Of a stretch of DNA of 64,000 bases, positions 1 through 10,900 are shown in pieces; position 1 is the first letter of the stretch, and every line of letters starts with the position of its first letter. The stretch spans positions 64,001 through 128,000 of the forward strand of contig JBBDRF010000012.1 in NCBI GenBank assembly GCA_040905565.1, read 5' to 3'. The notes beneath the pieces are model-generated. The model saw only the letters and a list, made by a program, of their open reading frames with translations. It made no database searches and was not told the origin of the DNA. The stretch is from Phycisphaeraceae bacterium (GTDB taxonomy: Bacteria; Planctomycetota; Phycisphaerae; Phycisphaerales; Zrk34). The translations under genes and the position numbers were made by a program.

Positions 1-16
1 TCAGGACATCAGCGCG

Positions 17-1735
17 TTGCGTGGCCGCAAGCTCGGCCGCATCCTTACCAAGCTAAGCAAGGTGACCCGCGAGCAGGTCCACGAAGCATTGGATCTGCAG
101 CAGCAACGGCGCGTGCCGATCGGCCAGTTGCTCATCGAACTCGGCTACGTCAAGGAAGCCGACGTCAACGCGGCGCTGGCGGCGCAGGCGGGGATGGAGA
201 CGCTGGATCTGGACCGTATCGAGATCGACGAAGAAGTCATCAAGATGGTCCCCGCCGAGACGGTGCAGGCGTGCCAGGTGATGCCCATCGCCTACGACGA
301 AACAACCAAGACGCTCACCGTCGCGCTCAAGAGTGCCGACAACTTCCGGGCCGTCGACGACATCCGCCTGCTCCTGGGGCTGAAGGTCAAATCCGTCGTC
401 GCGGATTCAAAACAAGTCGAAACGGCGATCGAGCGGAACTACGGCGACGATACCGAATCGATCACCTCGCTGATCTCCGACATGAGCAGCGACTCCAAGC
501 TTTCCGAGCTTCAGGACCGTCGCGATCAGTCGATCGATCTGGAAACGCTGACCGCCGCCGCCGAGGACAACAAGGTCAAGCGCCTGTTGAACCTGGTGCT
601 GCTGCAGGCGATCAAGGACAAGGCGTCGGACGTGCATTTTGAGCCGTTCGAGAGCGAATTCAAGATGCGCTACCGGGTCGACGGCGTGCTGTACGAGATG
701 ATCCCGCCGCCGCGGCATCTGTCGTGGGCGATCACCTCGCGTATCAAGGTCATGGCGAACCTGGACATTGCCGAGCGCCGGCTGCCTCAGGACGGCCGAA
801 TTGAACTGATGGTCGGCGGGGCGCAGGTCGACTTGCGTGTGGCGGTACTGCCGACGATGTTCGGCGAATCGGTCGTGATGCGTGTGCTTGACCGCAGCAA
901 CGTTTCGCTGGACCTCGAGCGTGTCGGCCTTCGCGAAGACGATCTGGAAACCGTGCGTCAGCTGATGCACAAGCCCAACGGCATCGTGCTGGTGACCGGG
1001 CCGACCGGCTCGGGTAAGACGACGACGCTTTACGCTGCCCTGCATGAGCTGAACACGATTGACGTGAAGATTCTTACCGCGGAAGACCCCGTCGAATATG
1101 ACATCGACGGGTTGCTTCAGGTGCAGATCAACGAAGGCCAGGGGATGACGTTCGCCAAGTCGCTGCGAAGCTTCCTCAGGCAGGATCCCGACATCATTCT
1201 TGTCGGTGAAATTCGTGACCTTGAGACGGCCCAGATCGCGGTGCAGGCTTCGCTGACGGGTCACTTGGTGTTCTCGACGCTGCATACGAACGACGCGCCG
1301 TCGTCGATCGCGCGTGTACTCGACCTCGGGCTGGAGCCGTTCCTCGTGACGGCCACGCTGGAAGGGGTTGTGGCGCAACGGCTGGTTCGGCGTATCTGTA
1401 ATCGCTGTCGCGAGGAATACACCCCCAGCGAAGAGCAGCTGCTTGAGTTGGAGCTGACGCCGGAGGACGTGGAAGGGCGTGTGTTCTACCGCGGCCGAGG
1501 GTGTGAGCGGTGCAACCAGAGCGGCTACCGAGGCCGACTCGCCATCTACGAAATCATGGTGCTCGACGACGAGCTTAAGGATCTGATCATGCAGCACGCT
1601 TCGACAACGGTGCTGCGCAGCGAGGCCCGCAAGCGGGGGATGCGGACGCTGAGGCAGTCAGGCCTGATGGGGATCTACGACGGGATCACGACGATCGACG
1701 AGGTCGTCCGCGAAACCGTGCTGGAAGAAGATTAG
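17..1735 (+). CDS. pilB: Type IV pilus / T2SS assembly ATPase (PilB/GspE family); frame is open to the window edge, so possibly 5'-partial
   Basis: ASDVHFEP, LDIAERRLPQDGR, Walker A GPTGSGKTT, TAEDPVE, LRQDPDIILVGEIRD, TGHLVFSTLHTN, CxxC...CxxC zinc motif, N-terminal MshEN-like repeats. Confidence 0.93.
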   Translation: MRGRKLGRILTKLSKVTREQVHEALDLQQQRRVPIGQLLIELGYVKEADVNAALAAQAGMETLDLDRIEIDEEVIKMVPAETVQACQVMPIAYDETTKTLTVALKSADNFRAVDDIRLLLGLKVKSVVADSKQVETAIERNYGDDTESITSLISDMSSDSKLSELQDRRDQSIDLETLTAAAEDNKVKRLLNLVLLQAIKDKASDVHFEPFESEFKMRYRVDGVLYEMIPPPRHLSWAITSRIKVMANLDIAERRLPQDGRIELMVGGAQVDLRVAVLPTMFGESVVMRVLDRSNVSLDLERVGLREDDLETVRQLMHKPNGIVLVTGPTGSGKTTTLYAALHELNTIDVKILTAEDPVEYDIDGLLQVQINEGQGMTFAKSLRSFLRQDPDIILVGEIRDLETAQIAVQASLTGHLVFSTLHTNDAPSSIARVLDLGLEPFLVTATLEGVVAQRLVRRICNRCREEYTPSEEQLLELELTPEDVEGRVFYRGRGCERCNQSGYRGRLAIYEIMVLDDELKDLIMQHASTTVLRSEARKRGMRTLRQSGLMGIYDGITTIDEVVRETVLEED

Positions 1736-1816
1736 TGCCCGCAATCCGCTTCGGTGCATGGTGCACCTGGCGCGTGGTCGTGAGAGGTTCAGAACACTGC
1801 AACGGGAACGAAGCCG

Positions 1817-3091
1817 ATGCCTACCTATCAATATGAAGCGCTGGACGGAACGGGTAAGACCCAAAAAGGGACGATCGAGGCGAACACGAACGAAGATGCC
1901 TTGGCACGTCTCAAGGGGCAGGGCTATTTCCCACGCGTGGTGCGTGAGAAGAAGGTGCGAGGCCAAGGGGCGGCTGCTGGGGGCGGTGCCGGCAAGAAGA
2001 AGAAACGCGGCGAACTGTCCATCAGCTTCGGCGGCGTGAAGAAGAAGGTGATCACGCAGTTCACGCGGCAGCTTTCGACGCTGCAGGACGCGGGGCTGCC
2101 CATCCTTCGTTCGCTTCAGATTCTCACTGAGCAGCAGAAGCCGGGCAAGTTCAAGAACGCCCTGGCCGAGACGCAGTCGGACGTCGAGGGCGGTGCCGCG
2201 CTCAGCGAAGCGATGGCCAAGCATCCCAAAGCTTTCGACCGTCTGTACACGAAGATGGTGGCGGCCGGCGAGGTCGGCGGTGTGCTGGACATCATCCTCC
2301 AGCGACTCGCCGAGTTCATGGAGAAGGCCGAACGGCTCAAGCGGAAAATCAAGGGCGCCATGGTCTACCCCGCGGTGGTCATGACCGTCGCAGCGGGCAT
2401 CCTGCTGGGCATCATGATCTTCGTGGTGCCTTCGTTTGAAGAGATCTTCGCGGACATGGACATTGAACTGCCCGCGCCCACGCAGATGCTCATTCAGAGC
2501 GCGAACTGGATCGCCGGCGTGCAGGAGGGCCAGACGATACCCGGCTGGCTGATCATCGTCGCCACGCCGTTCCTGATCATGTTCGCCTTCAAGCTCATCC
2601 GAAAAACGCGCCACGGCCGAAGCGCCACCGATCACGCGGTGATGTGGATTCCTGTCGTCGGCAAACTCGTTCAGCTTCAGGCGATCGCCCGGTTTTCGCG
2701 AACGCTGGGGACGCTGATTTCCGCCGGTGTGCCCATTCTCGAAGCGATCCTGATTACCCGCGATACGGTCGGCAACGCCGTGTATGAAAAGGCGTTGCAG
2801 CGTGTGCACGATTCGATCCGTGAGGGCGAGTCGTTCGCGGAGCCGCTGCGTGAGGCCAAGGTTTGCGACGCCATCGTGGTGAACATGATCGACGTCGGTG
2901 AAGAGACGGGCGACCTGGACAAGATGCTCTCGAAGATCGCGGACAACTACGACGACGAGGTCGACACCGCCGTCGGCGCGCTGGTGAGCATGCTCGAACC
3001 GATCATGGTCGTGTTCCTCGGCGGCACGATCGGGTTCATCGTGATCTCGCTGTTCATGCCGATGATCTCGATGATTGACGCGGTCAGCTGA
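1817..3091 (+). CDS. pilC: Inner-membrane platform protein (PilC/GspF family)
   Basis: FTRQLSTLQDAGLP, AGEVGGVL, AMVYP, GEETGDLDKML, LEPIM motifs; directly follows the ATPase. Confidence 0.93.
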   Translation: MPTYQYEALDGTGKTQKGTIEANTNEDALARLKGQGYFPRVVREKKVRGQGAAAGGGAGKKKKRGELSISFGGVKKKVITQFTRQLSTLQDAGLPILRSLQILTEQQKPGKFKNALAETQSDVEGGAALSEAMAKHPKAFDRLYTKMVAAGEVGGVLDIILQRLAEFMEKAERLKRKIKGAMVYPAVVMTVAAGILLGIMIFVVPSFEEIFADMDIELPAPTQMLIQSANWIAGVQEGQTIPGWLIIVATPFLIMFAFKLIRKTRHGRSATDHAVMWIPVVGKLVQLQAIARFSRTLGTLISAGVPILEAILITRDTVGNAVYEKALQRVHDSIREGESFAEPLREAKVCDAIVVNMIDVGEETGDLDKMLSKIADNYDDEVDTAVGALVSMLEPIMVVFLGGTIGFIVISLFMPMISMIDAVS

Positions 3092-3137
3092 TCGAAGTCC
3101 CGCAGGGCGATCGGCCCCGGAAGGAGCGTGCGTCGTG

Positions 3138-3941
3138 ATGAAAAATAACAGCCAACAAAAGCGATTAACTGCGGGTTTCACCCTCATCGAGTTGCTGGTG
3201 GTGGTCGGTATCATCGCTGTCCTCGTCGGCATGGCGGTGGTGGGCGTGAACGCCGCCCGTAATGCCGCCCGCGATGTCGCCGGTCAGCAGTTTCTAGCCG
3301 GCATCAGCATGGCGCTGTCGCAGTACGAGCGTGATTTCAACGACCTGCCGCCGAGCAACTTCGCAGACGTCACCACCGATTCGTTCGGCGTAGATGCGAC
3401 GTCGATCGTCGACGATCAATGGAGCGGCGCGGAGATTCTGGCTCAGGCGCTCGTGGGGCCGCGGTCGGATGACGGCGAGCGAGGGCCCGGCTATCGGCAG
3501 ACCGGTCGCAACTACGGCGCCTATCTCGATGCGCACGACACGAACAACCTTGTTTACCTCGCCAACGCCGACGAACCGCCCTTCGAACAGTACGACAGCC
3601 CCGACGGCACCTACTACGTGCCCCAGGACGGCGCGACCTTTGATCGGCCCGACGGCCGGTGGGGGCTCACGACCAACGTCGAGCAGTGGCCGATCCTCTA
3701 CTACCGTGCGGAGCCGCAAGGCACGACCGGGGCGGGCGATATCTGGAGCGACGGCGGCCGCTTCGACACACGCGACAACGAAACCATCCTGAACGCCAGC
3801 GGTCACGATGCGGATGATCCCGCCACCACCTACTCCGAAGCCTTTGTGATGACCCTGCGCAGCAGCGACTTCCTGCTCGCTGCGCCTGGGCGCGACAACC
3901 GTTTCGGCACCGAAGATGACACCACGACGGCCGGGCCCTGA
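3138..3941 (+). CDS. Prepilin-type protein (N-methylation motif)
   Basis: AG|FTLIELLVVVGIIAVLVG class III signal; GspG-like C-terminal APGRDNRFGTEDD; AAGGAG upstream of ATG 3138. Confidence 0.85.
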   Translation: MKNNSQQKRLTAGFTLIELLVVVGIIAVLVGMAVVGVNAARNAARDVAGQQFLAGISMALSQYERDFNDLPPSNFADVTTDSFGVDATSIVDDQWSGAEILAQALVGPRSDDGERGPGYRQTGRNYGAYLDAHDTNNLVYLANADEPPFEQYDSPDGTYYVPQDGATFDRPDGRWGLTTNVEQWPILYYRAEPQGTTGAGDIWSDGGRFDTRDNETILNASGHDADDPATTYSEAFVMTLRSSDFLLAAPGRDNRFGTEDDTTTAGP

Positions 3942-3987
3942 TCGTCGGCCACCACGCACGCGGACATCGGACCCATACTGCGGAGGC

Positions 3988-4728
3988 ATGCAGGTGACAG
4001 CGCAACAAAAATATCAAAACGCCACAGGTCAGGCCCGACGGGCTCGGCGCATGCATGGCTTTACGCTGCTCGAACTGCTGGTCGTCATCAGCATCATGAT
4101 GGTGCTGGTGGGCATCGGCGCCACGCTCGGGCCGGCGATCTCCGGACGCGGCAGCGATCAGATGACGCGCACCGCCCTCAGCGTCGGCGAATCGGCGCTG
4201 ACCGAGTACCGCGCCCTCACAGGCCGTTGGCCCGACATCGTCAACGCGGATGACTACCCCGTCACCCGCATCGGTGCCGCCAGCAACACGATCACACTGC
4301 CGATCAATGATCGCGAGACGTTTGAGGACCACTCCATCGAACGCTTCGTCGCCCGCACGCTGCAGACGACGGTGACCGATGACGATGTCGTCGTGCTTCG
4401 GCGTCGCAGTTCGCTTAACTCGCTTTACGAAGACCTCTCCGACAAAGTCCTGACCGATGAGGACACCACCGGCGACGGCGTGGACTTCCTCGAGCTTCGC
4501 GATGGTTGGGGCAAGAAGCTTCTCTACGTCCCGCCGATGCGCACGATCGACCCAGCCGTCTTCGACGACTGGAACGACGACTACATGTACTTCCTGCCTC
4601 TGCGGGACACGCCGTACTTCGTCTCGGCCGGGTCGGATGGCGAGTTCGGCGACGTTCACGCAGCCGAGGGCACTGACGAGCACGAAGCCTCGCTGGACAA
4701 CCTCTACTCCTACGACGTGGTGAACTGA
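3988..4728 (+). CDS. Prepilin-type protein (N-methylation motif)
   Basis: HG|FTLLELLVVISIMMVL; DGWG and SAGSDGEFG GspG-like motifs; start is ATG 3988 or GTG 3994. Confidence 0.85.
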   Translation: MQVTAQQKYQNATGQARRARRMHGFTLLELLVVISIMMVLVGIGATLGPAISGRGSDQMTRTALSVGESALTEYRALTGRWPDIVNADDYPVTRIGAASNTITLPINDRETFEDHSIERFVARTLQTTVTDDDVVVLRRRSSLNSLYEDLSDKVLTDEDTTGDGVDFLELRDGWGKKLLYVPPMRTIDPAVFDDWNDDYMYFLPLRDTPYFVSAGSDGEFGDVHAAEGTDEHEASLDNLYSYDVVN

Positions 4729-4730
4729 GC

Positions 4731-5585
4731 ATGAGCATGCCCAAGCGACAAAACACGGCTCCGGCGAGGCCCAGGCGGACCGGGTTCAGCCTGGTGGAAC
4801 TGCTGGTGGTGATCGCGATCATCGGCATCATCCTCAGCGTGGCGGTGCCGGCGATGAGCCGGATGATGTCCGGCACGAAGGTCGAATCCTCCCGCTCCAC
4901 CGTCAGCGCCGCCGTGGCGACGGCCCGCGCCCACGCCACCATCACGCCGTCGTTCCCCGTCGGCCAGTACCGAGGCTCCGCCGTCGTCTTTACCCCCGCC
5001 AACGAAATCCGCATCACTAAGCATCGCTTCGATGCAAGAGATGGGGGCGGCGACCTGCTGGTTTACGCGGACCGCGCCGGTTACGCCGACATTGCCGACG
5101 AACCCTACGCCATGATTCCCCGCGGCGTCGGCGTAGTGGGCATCGCACGCGGCGACACCAATGAGCCCCGCCTGCTGACCCCGCCGTTCGCCATCCGCTT
5201 CAACCAGACGGGCATCATGGTGCCAGGCAGTGCGAACAACACCGGCGATGAGACGCGGATCGTCTTTTACGACTACGACGAAGACTTTGAGTATGAAACC
5301 AGCAGCTATCGGCTGGCTGATTACGACGTTGACGAATTTGACCCCGAGGTGGTTGGCAAGACGGCTGGCAACTGGGACGGCGAGCGTTACCTGCTGCCGT
5401 TCGGTCGTCTTGATGCGGTCATCGGCGTCATCGTTTACGACAAGGCTTCGCTGCGGTCGTCGGGGAATGACCTCGTCGGCAGCGGGGACGTCGACAGCCT
5501 GAACGCCGCCGCCCGCACGTGGATTCTCGAAAACGGGCGGCCGGTTTTCTTCAATCGTTACAGCGGAGCGGGGATCAAGCCATGA
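4731..5585 (+). CDS. Minor pilin, FimU/GspH-like
   Basis: TG|FSLVELLVVIAIIGIILSVAVPAM...ARAHA; first of an H-I-J-K ordered set. Confidence 0.82.
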   Translation: MSMPKRQNTAPARPRRTGFSLVELLVVIAIIGIILSVAVPAMSRMMSGTKVESSRSTVSAAVATARAHATITPSFPVGQYRGSAVVFTPANEIRITKHRFDARDGGGDLLVYADRAGYADIADEPYAMIPRGVGVVGIARGDTNEPRLLTPPFAIRFNQTGIMVPGSANNTGDETRIVFYDYDEDFEYETSSYRLADYDVDEFDPEVVGKTAGNWDGERYLLPFGRLDAVIGVIVYDKASLRSSGNDLVGSGDVDSLNAAARTWILENGRPVFFNRYSGAGIKP

Positions 5586-6448
5586 GCATACCCACACGCC
5601 ACATCGATGCGTCCCACCGCACCAACCGAGCGTTCTCCATGCTCGAAGTGCTCTTCTCGCTGATGATCCTCGGCGTCGGGCTACTCGCCGTCGCCAGCAT
5701 CTTCCCCGTCGCCACGGTGCTCCAACGCGAGACCGTCGACGACATCTACGCCCAGCAGGCCACCGAAAGCGTCACCGCCATGGTTCTCGGCCGAGGCTTC
5801 AGCCGGGAACAACTGTCCGATCCGACAACCGGTGTGGATCCTATCCCTGATGTTCAACCGATGCCCCAGGAGGTACTGGAAGAAGCCAGCCCCGGCCTGA
5901 ACGACATCAACTGGCTCCTCGCCGACCGTTGCTATCCGGGCTACCAGCCGAGTTTCGACATCGCCGGCGACGAAAGCTTTGCCGACAACCACCTCGATCG
6001 CCTCTACTACTGGGTGCCGCTGGTGCAGTGGAAGGAGGACGACACGTGGCGTATTTACGTGTTCATCCTTCGCAATGCGACCAAATCAGATTACGCCCTG
6101 ACGGATATCGACCTGTCCGACGATACGCAGTTCGCGAACCCGACCGATTCAATCGATGTGCCCCGCGTGCGTCGGCAGGGTGACATCACGTCCACGGTGA
6201 ACGGCTTCGAGATGACGTTCAACGATGTGGGCCCGCATTTCCATCCCTCGCGTGATCTGGATCTGGGCACGCAGTTCCTGGATAACCACGGCGTGATTCA
6301 TACGGTGGTCCTGATCTCCGGGCAGACGGTGACGGTGGCGGCTCCGATCGAGCAGCAACCCGACGAAATCTGGTACGGCATGCGGTCATCGGACGATCGC
6401 ATCTCGGCCCGCAAAGTTCTGTCCTTCGGCAGCGAGGTGTTGCGATGA
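5582..6448 (+). CDS. Minor pilin, PilV/GspI-like
   Basis: RA|FSMLEVLFSLMILGVGLLAVASIF; ATGA overlap with upstream stop. Confidence 0.82.
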   Translation: MSIPTRHIDASHRTNRAFSMLEVLFSLMILGVGLLAVASIFPVATVLQRETVDDIYAQQATESVTAMVLGRGFSREQLSDPTTGVDPIPDVQPMPQEVLEEASPGLNDINWLLADRCYPGYQPSFDIAGDESFADNHLDRLYYWVPLVQWKEDDTWRIYVFILRNATKSDYALTDIDLSDDTQFANPTDSIDVPRVRRQGDITSTVNGFEMTFNDVGPHFHPSRDLDLGTQFLDNHGVIHTVVLISGQTVTVAAPIEQQPDEIWYGMRSSDDRISARKVLSFGSEVLR

Positions 6449-7905
6449 TGACTGGTCAACCACGCATGTCTGAAACGAGCCGCGACCGTGAGGGAGCGGT
6501 TGTGTCTGCGAACGCTGCCTCGGGCCGCACAGCACACGGTTCCTGGGCCGATGCGATCTCCGGTGATGGCTCGGCTGCCCCCACGCCGGTCCGCTCCCTA
6601 ACGGTCGCGGCTCGTATTCGGGCCCGTCGGTCAGGCCGCGCGGGATTCACCCTGATCGAACTGCTGGTGGCGATGAGTGTGACGCTGCTGCTGCTGTTGT
6701 TCGTGAACGGTGTGTTCAATGCGATCTCGGCGGGGGTTCGCACGGGGCTGGCGACGAGCGACATTGTGCAGTCCGGCCGGGTGGTTTCCGACCAACTCGC
6801 CCGCGATGCGGAGAAGATGGTGGGCCCGGCCGACAACGGCGTGCTGATCATCACCAATCAGTGGGTGTCTGACGTGCCGTTCACGGAGAGCGATGACGGC
6901 TTCAATCCGGACATCAATCAACGTCGCGCCGATCAGATCACGTTCATCCGGTCTGCTGACGGTCTGCAATCGATCACGCCGGGGACTACGAGTTACTTCA
7001 CGCCGCAGAGCGGTCTGAGTGCGTCGTTCGCCCGTGTGAACTACGGCCACGCTCTGCGGACGATGCCCGACGGTAGCGATCCGGCGGACCCATCTTTGGG
7101 CGTCCCCAACTCGCCGAATGAGTATTCCGCGGAGTGGATCCTGGGCCGACAGGCGCTGCTGCTTTCGACGGAAGTTGGCACCGTAAGTACCGGCACCGTC
7201 TTCGCGCAAGGTGGTGGCGCTAACGCGGGCGTATCCGGGCTCGGCACAAGCATACCCGCGAGTGTCCCGCGGGTGACGTCGCAGGGCCTGACCGACATCG
7301 CCGCTTACGGACTATCTAATGAACATCCGAACACCACTTATGGCGGTGCGATGGTGGGAGACGTGGAAGATTCCGTCAACGACATCAACTACGAATCCCG
7401 CCTGTACCGCGACCTTGATGCGAATGAGTACACCGATCGCGCCTTGAACTACACGTACGCCAGGGATCGCCTGCGGGTGAACCCGATTCCCCTGTACGAT
7501 CCCGATGATGTGTACCTCTACCAAGCTTGGCAGATGGCGCAGATGCATCCGATGCTGGCGACGGGTGTGACGGATTTCGTCGTGGAATTTGCTGGCGACT
7601 ACGACACCACGGTAGACGGCATCGACCTCGATGGCGCCGGGCGGATCCGGTGGTACAGCTTTCTTGATCTGCCCGACGACGGGTTCAACGTGGCTGGCAG
7701 CGAAGGACCCCTCTTACGCAATGAGTTCGATGCGAACGGCGAGCCGTTTCAGGCCTTCATCTTCCGTCATAGTTCTTCGGGTGACACGAATTGGCCTCAT
7801 CTGATTCGGATTCGCTATCGGGTGACGGATCCGGATGGTTTGTTGACCGATGAGGACGGTGTGCCGGGGCGGATGTACGAGCAGATTATTCGCGTGCCTC
7901 GCTAA
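6445..7905 (+). CDS. Minor pilin, PilW/GspJ-like, with a 67-aa leader lengthened by an in-frame REP doublet
   Basis: AG|FTLIELLVAMSVTLLLL; QLARD; C-terminal WPHLIRIRY; ATGA overlap with upstream stop. Confidence 0.82.
   Translation: MMTGQPRMSETSRDREGAVVSANAASGRTAHGSWADAISGDGSAAPTPVRSLTVAARIRARRSGRAGFTLIELLVAMSVTLLLLLFVNGVFNAISAGVRTGLATSDIVQSGRVVSDQLARDAEKMVGPADNGVLIITNQWVSDVPFTESDDGFNPDINQRRADQITFIRSADGLQSITPGTTSYFTPQSGLSASFARVNYGHALRTMPDGSDPADPSLGVPNSPNEYSAEWILGRQALLLSTEVGTVSTGTVFAQGGGANAGVSGLGTSIPASVPRVTSQGLTDIAAYGLSNEHPNTTYGGAMVGDVEDSVNDINYESRLYRDLDANEYTDRALNYTYARDRLRVNPIPLYDPDDVYLYQAWQMAQMHPMLATGVTDFVVEFAGDYDTTVDGIDLDGAGRIRWYSFLDLPDDGFNVAGSEGPLLRNEFDANGEPFQAFIFRHSSSGDTNWPHLIRIRYRVTDPDGLLTDEDGVPGRMYEQIIRVPR
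6475..6615. repeat. REP doublet (REPIN-like): 25-bp inverted arms at 6475-6499 and 6591-6615
   Basis: ACGAGCCGCGACCGTGAGGGAGCGG versus CCGCTCCCTAACGGTCGCGGCTCGT, 24/25 reverse-complement match; sister element at 11607-11775. Confidence 0.85.
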
Positions 7906-7953
7906 ACGCGATTTTTGGCCGCTTTAACGCGGCTGACGTCTAAGGAGATACCC

Positions 7954-10900
7954 ATGTTACGCGCCGAGAAGACTCAAAACCGGTCGATGCTCATGAGTGG
8001 GCGGGCCCGGCAGCGCGGCTCAACAATTCTGCTTGTGGTGGCAGCACTGGTGCTTTCGATGCTGATGGGGCTGGCGTACATGAGCGCCGCCCGGCAGGAC
8101 CGCCGCAGCACCCGGACGATGGGGCTCATCAAGGATGTTGATCAGGTCGAGCAGAGCGTGCTGAGCAAGATTCAGGATGTGCTGCGCGAGGACCTGGGCC
8201 ACGAGAAGTACGAAGCTGGGGGGGAGACGTTCTACGACTTCTTCGTGGACCGTGCTGCAGACCGAGGCACGTTTTACCGCTGGGATCGGCCGGGTATCGA
8301 CTATCCCGGGGAGCTTCAGCCGGGCGTGGGGGACGCGCACAGCCCCTGGCTCGCTTCGAAGGCCCCGTTGGTGTTCGATCCGGCGAACCGGGACACTCCG
8401 CAGGTGGCGTGGCCGCAGATTACGAGGCTGACCGGCGAGTACGTCGATGCGGAAGGCTGGAACGAGCCGTACCGGCAACACTTCTGGGATCGGACAGCGA
8501 ACGCGCCTGTGGGGTCAGGGGGCGTTGAGGATCTCGCCCCGGTGGATGATCCTGTTTATCTCACGTTGGAAACGATGGCCGACGCGACGGGGGACGGGAT
8601 TCTTGATAGTCGCTGGGAGCGGGCGCCGCTGTTCAGCCTTAACGGCGTGGACTACTTCATGGCCGTCCGCATCGTCGACAACTCGGCGATGGCGAACGCG
8701 AATACCGCGTTCAGCCAGGTGGGGCTCGACGGGCAATATGAGGATGCGAACTACGAGGAAGGCCTCCGCTGGGCGTATCCGACGGAGCTGGACCTGGGTT
8801 CACTGGCGTACCGCTACGGCACGCTGGATTCCGACGACGGGGCAAGCGACTACATGGCCGAGATGGAACGGCTGCTCGATAGCCGCTTCGTCGCGGCCGG
8901 CCCGACGAGCATGCCGACTTCGCCCGAGGAGGGGGCCGAGGACTACTGGCAGCACTACCACGGCGAACTGCGAACGGCGGACCGTCCGCAACTGGCGATC
9001 GACAGTGAATTCTCGCTACGGCATCGCGGGGGCTTGCGGAATCGTCAGCTGGAGTCGGGCATCGAGTCGGTCGACGACGGCCTGCCGCTGCTGCTGCGAA
9101 ATTATGCACAGGTCGATTACGACGACGGCACACGCCTGAACGAGCGGAACTATCGCGACGCCCTGGACAATATCATCACCGATCTTGGCGCGGTTCCGCC
9201 GCACGCCACGGGCGATCCGCTGGTGGACTACTTCGAGCTTAACCCGCGCGGTCAGGTGACGACGGTGAGCGGGGCGTCGCAGCATCTGAAGTGGGACTTG
9301 AAGACGCTGCTTCAGAAGGCGGCACGCATGTCAGGAGGCACGAACGATACGGTGGAGGTGCCCGGCTTGGCCGCTCCGGTGCCGGCTATTGATCAGTTGA
9401 TTCAGATTATTTGGGATACTTACCACAACGATGATCTGGCGACCGTCGTGGACGCGCCGGCAATCCCGCGCAGCCTGCGTGAGCATGCATCGTGGGCGGC
9501 GCATCCCGCGGATGAAGATCGCCTCGCCGCGTTCGCCGCTCAGTATGCGGTCAACCTGGTGGCGTTCGCGCAGGGCGGGATCGATGAGTATGAAGATGCG
9601 GACCCAGCCCCCAACGGCACGTATGAAACGACCATGCCGCGATACGTGCGGACGGTTTCCGACAGCACCGAGGTGCCGCACTACGGGCTGATTCCGCTGC
9701 CCTACGTGGCCGAGGCGTACACGCAGCAGAAGTACCGCGCGGGAACGCCTGGCCCTGCTCCTGATCCGACGCAGGAGATGGTGACGTGGGACGCGGTCGG
9801 GGAGACGGGGTACGTGATCGAGATTCGCAATCCGCACAATCGGCCGGTGAGGATGGACACGGTGCGTGTGGTCGTCGATGGCAACGATTGGGGCCTGCTG
9901 AGCGAGATGACCGAGGCGACGTATCTCGAAGCAGAGCAGACGGTGATGCTGGTGCGCCAGGGCGGCGAAGAATGGACCGGCAACGCGCGTGTGGTTGGCC
10001 AATGGCCGAGTGAGCCCGACGGTGCGGGCCCCGACACGCCGACGACGCCTGAGGATAATGTCTGGGAGCTTGTTGAAGAGACCGAACTGGAGGACGGCAC
10101 GATCTGGGTGCTGCTGCATGAGGATGCCTATCGGTGGGATCTGGGCGACGCGCCGGTCAGCATCGAGCTTTTCTGCGAAGTGCGTGACCTTCAGGCCCCG
10201 CCGGCCACCGAAGGCGACGAGACGGAAGCGTTCGACGGCGGGATCTGGTACCGCTATCAGCAGGTCGACAATCAGCTGTCGTACCCGCTGGTGCGTGAGG
10301 ATCTGGTTTACGCCACGGGTGAGGTTGCGGAGGACGATGTCCGCTACCACCAGCATGTGTTGGTCGGCGACGGGCGGGGGCTGAACGTGATGACGATCAT
10401 GCCCGATGCCTTCGAAGGCGATCCCACGCAGTATGACAACGTTGACCCGGCGAACATGGGTAATCCGCCACACGATGCGACCATCGCCATGCTTGGCTAT
10501 GAGGACAAGACGACGCTCGGGCCGGTGGGTCCGCTGGATTGGGATCCTGCGACGGAGCAGATTGTGTTCCCGAAGGAGCCGGGCGTTCGGAATGTCGGTG
10601 AGTTGGCATTGGTGACGGTGCTGGGCCCGCGTGAAGGGGCGTCGGCAGCGGACTGGACGATCGCCGGTGCGTGGCAGAGCGCGAGCGCCACGGCTTTTGA
10701 TCAAGTGGCAGAATTCCAGCTGAACATGGGCGACGCGTGGCTGGATCCGGCACTCGCAGGCACACAGGACGTGCTTGAGTTGCACCCCGATTCGCTTGTG
10801 CCCTACCCGATGGTGCTGATGGACAGGTTCACCGCGCAGCGGTGGACGGAAGAGACGGAACGACCGGAGTTCGGCCGATTCGTGCCGGGCACGATCAACA

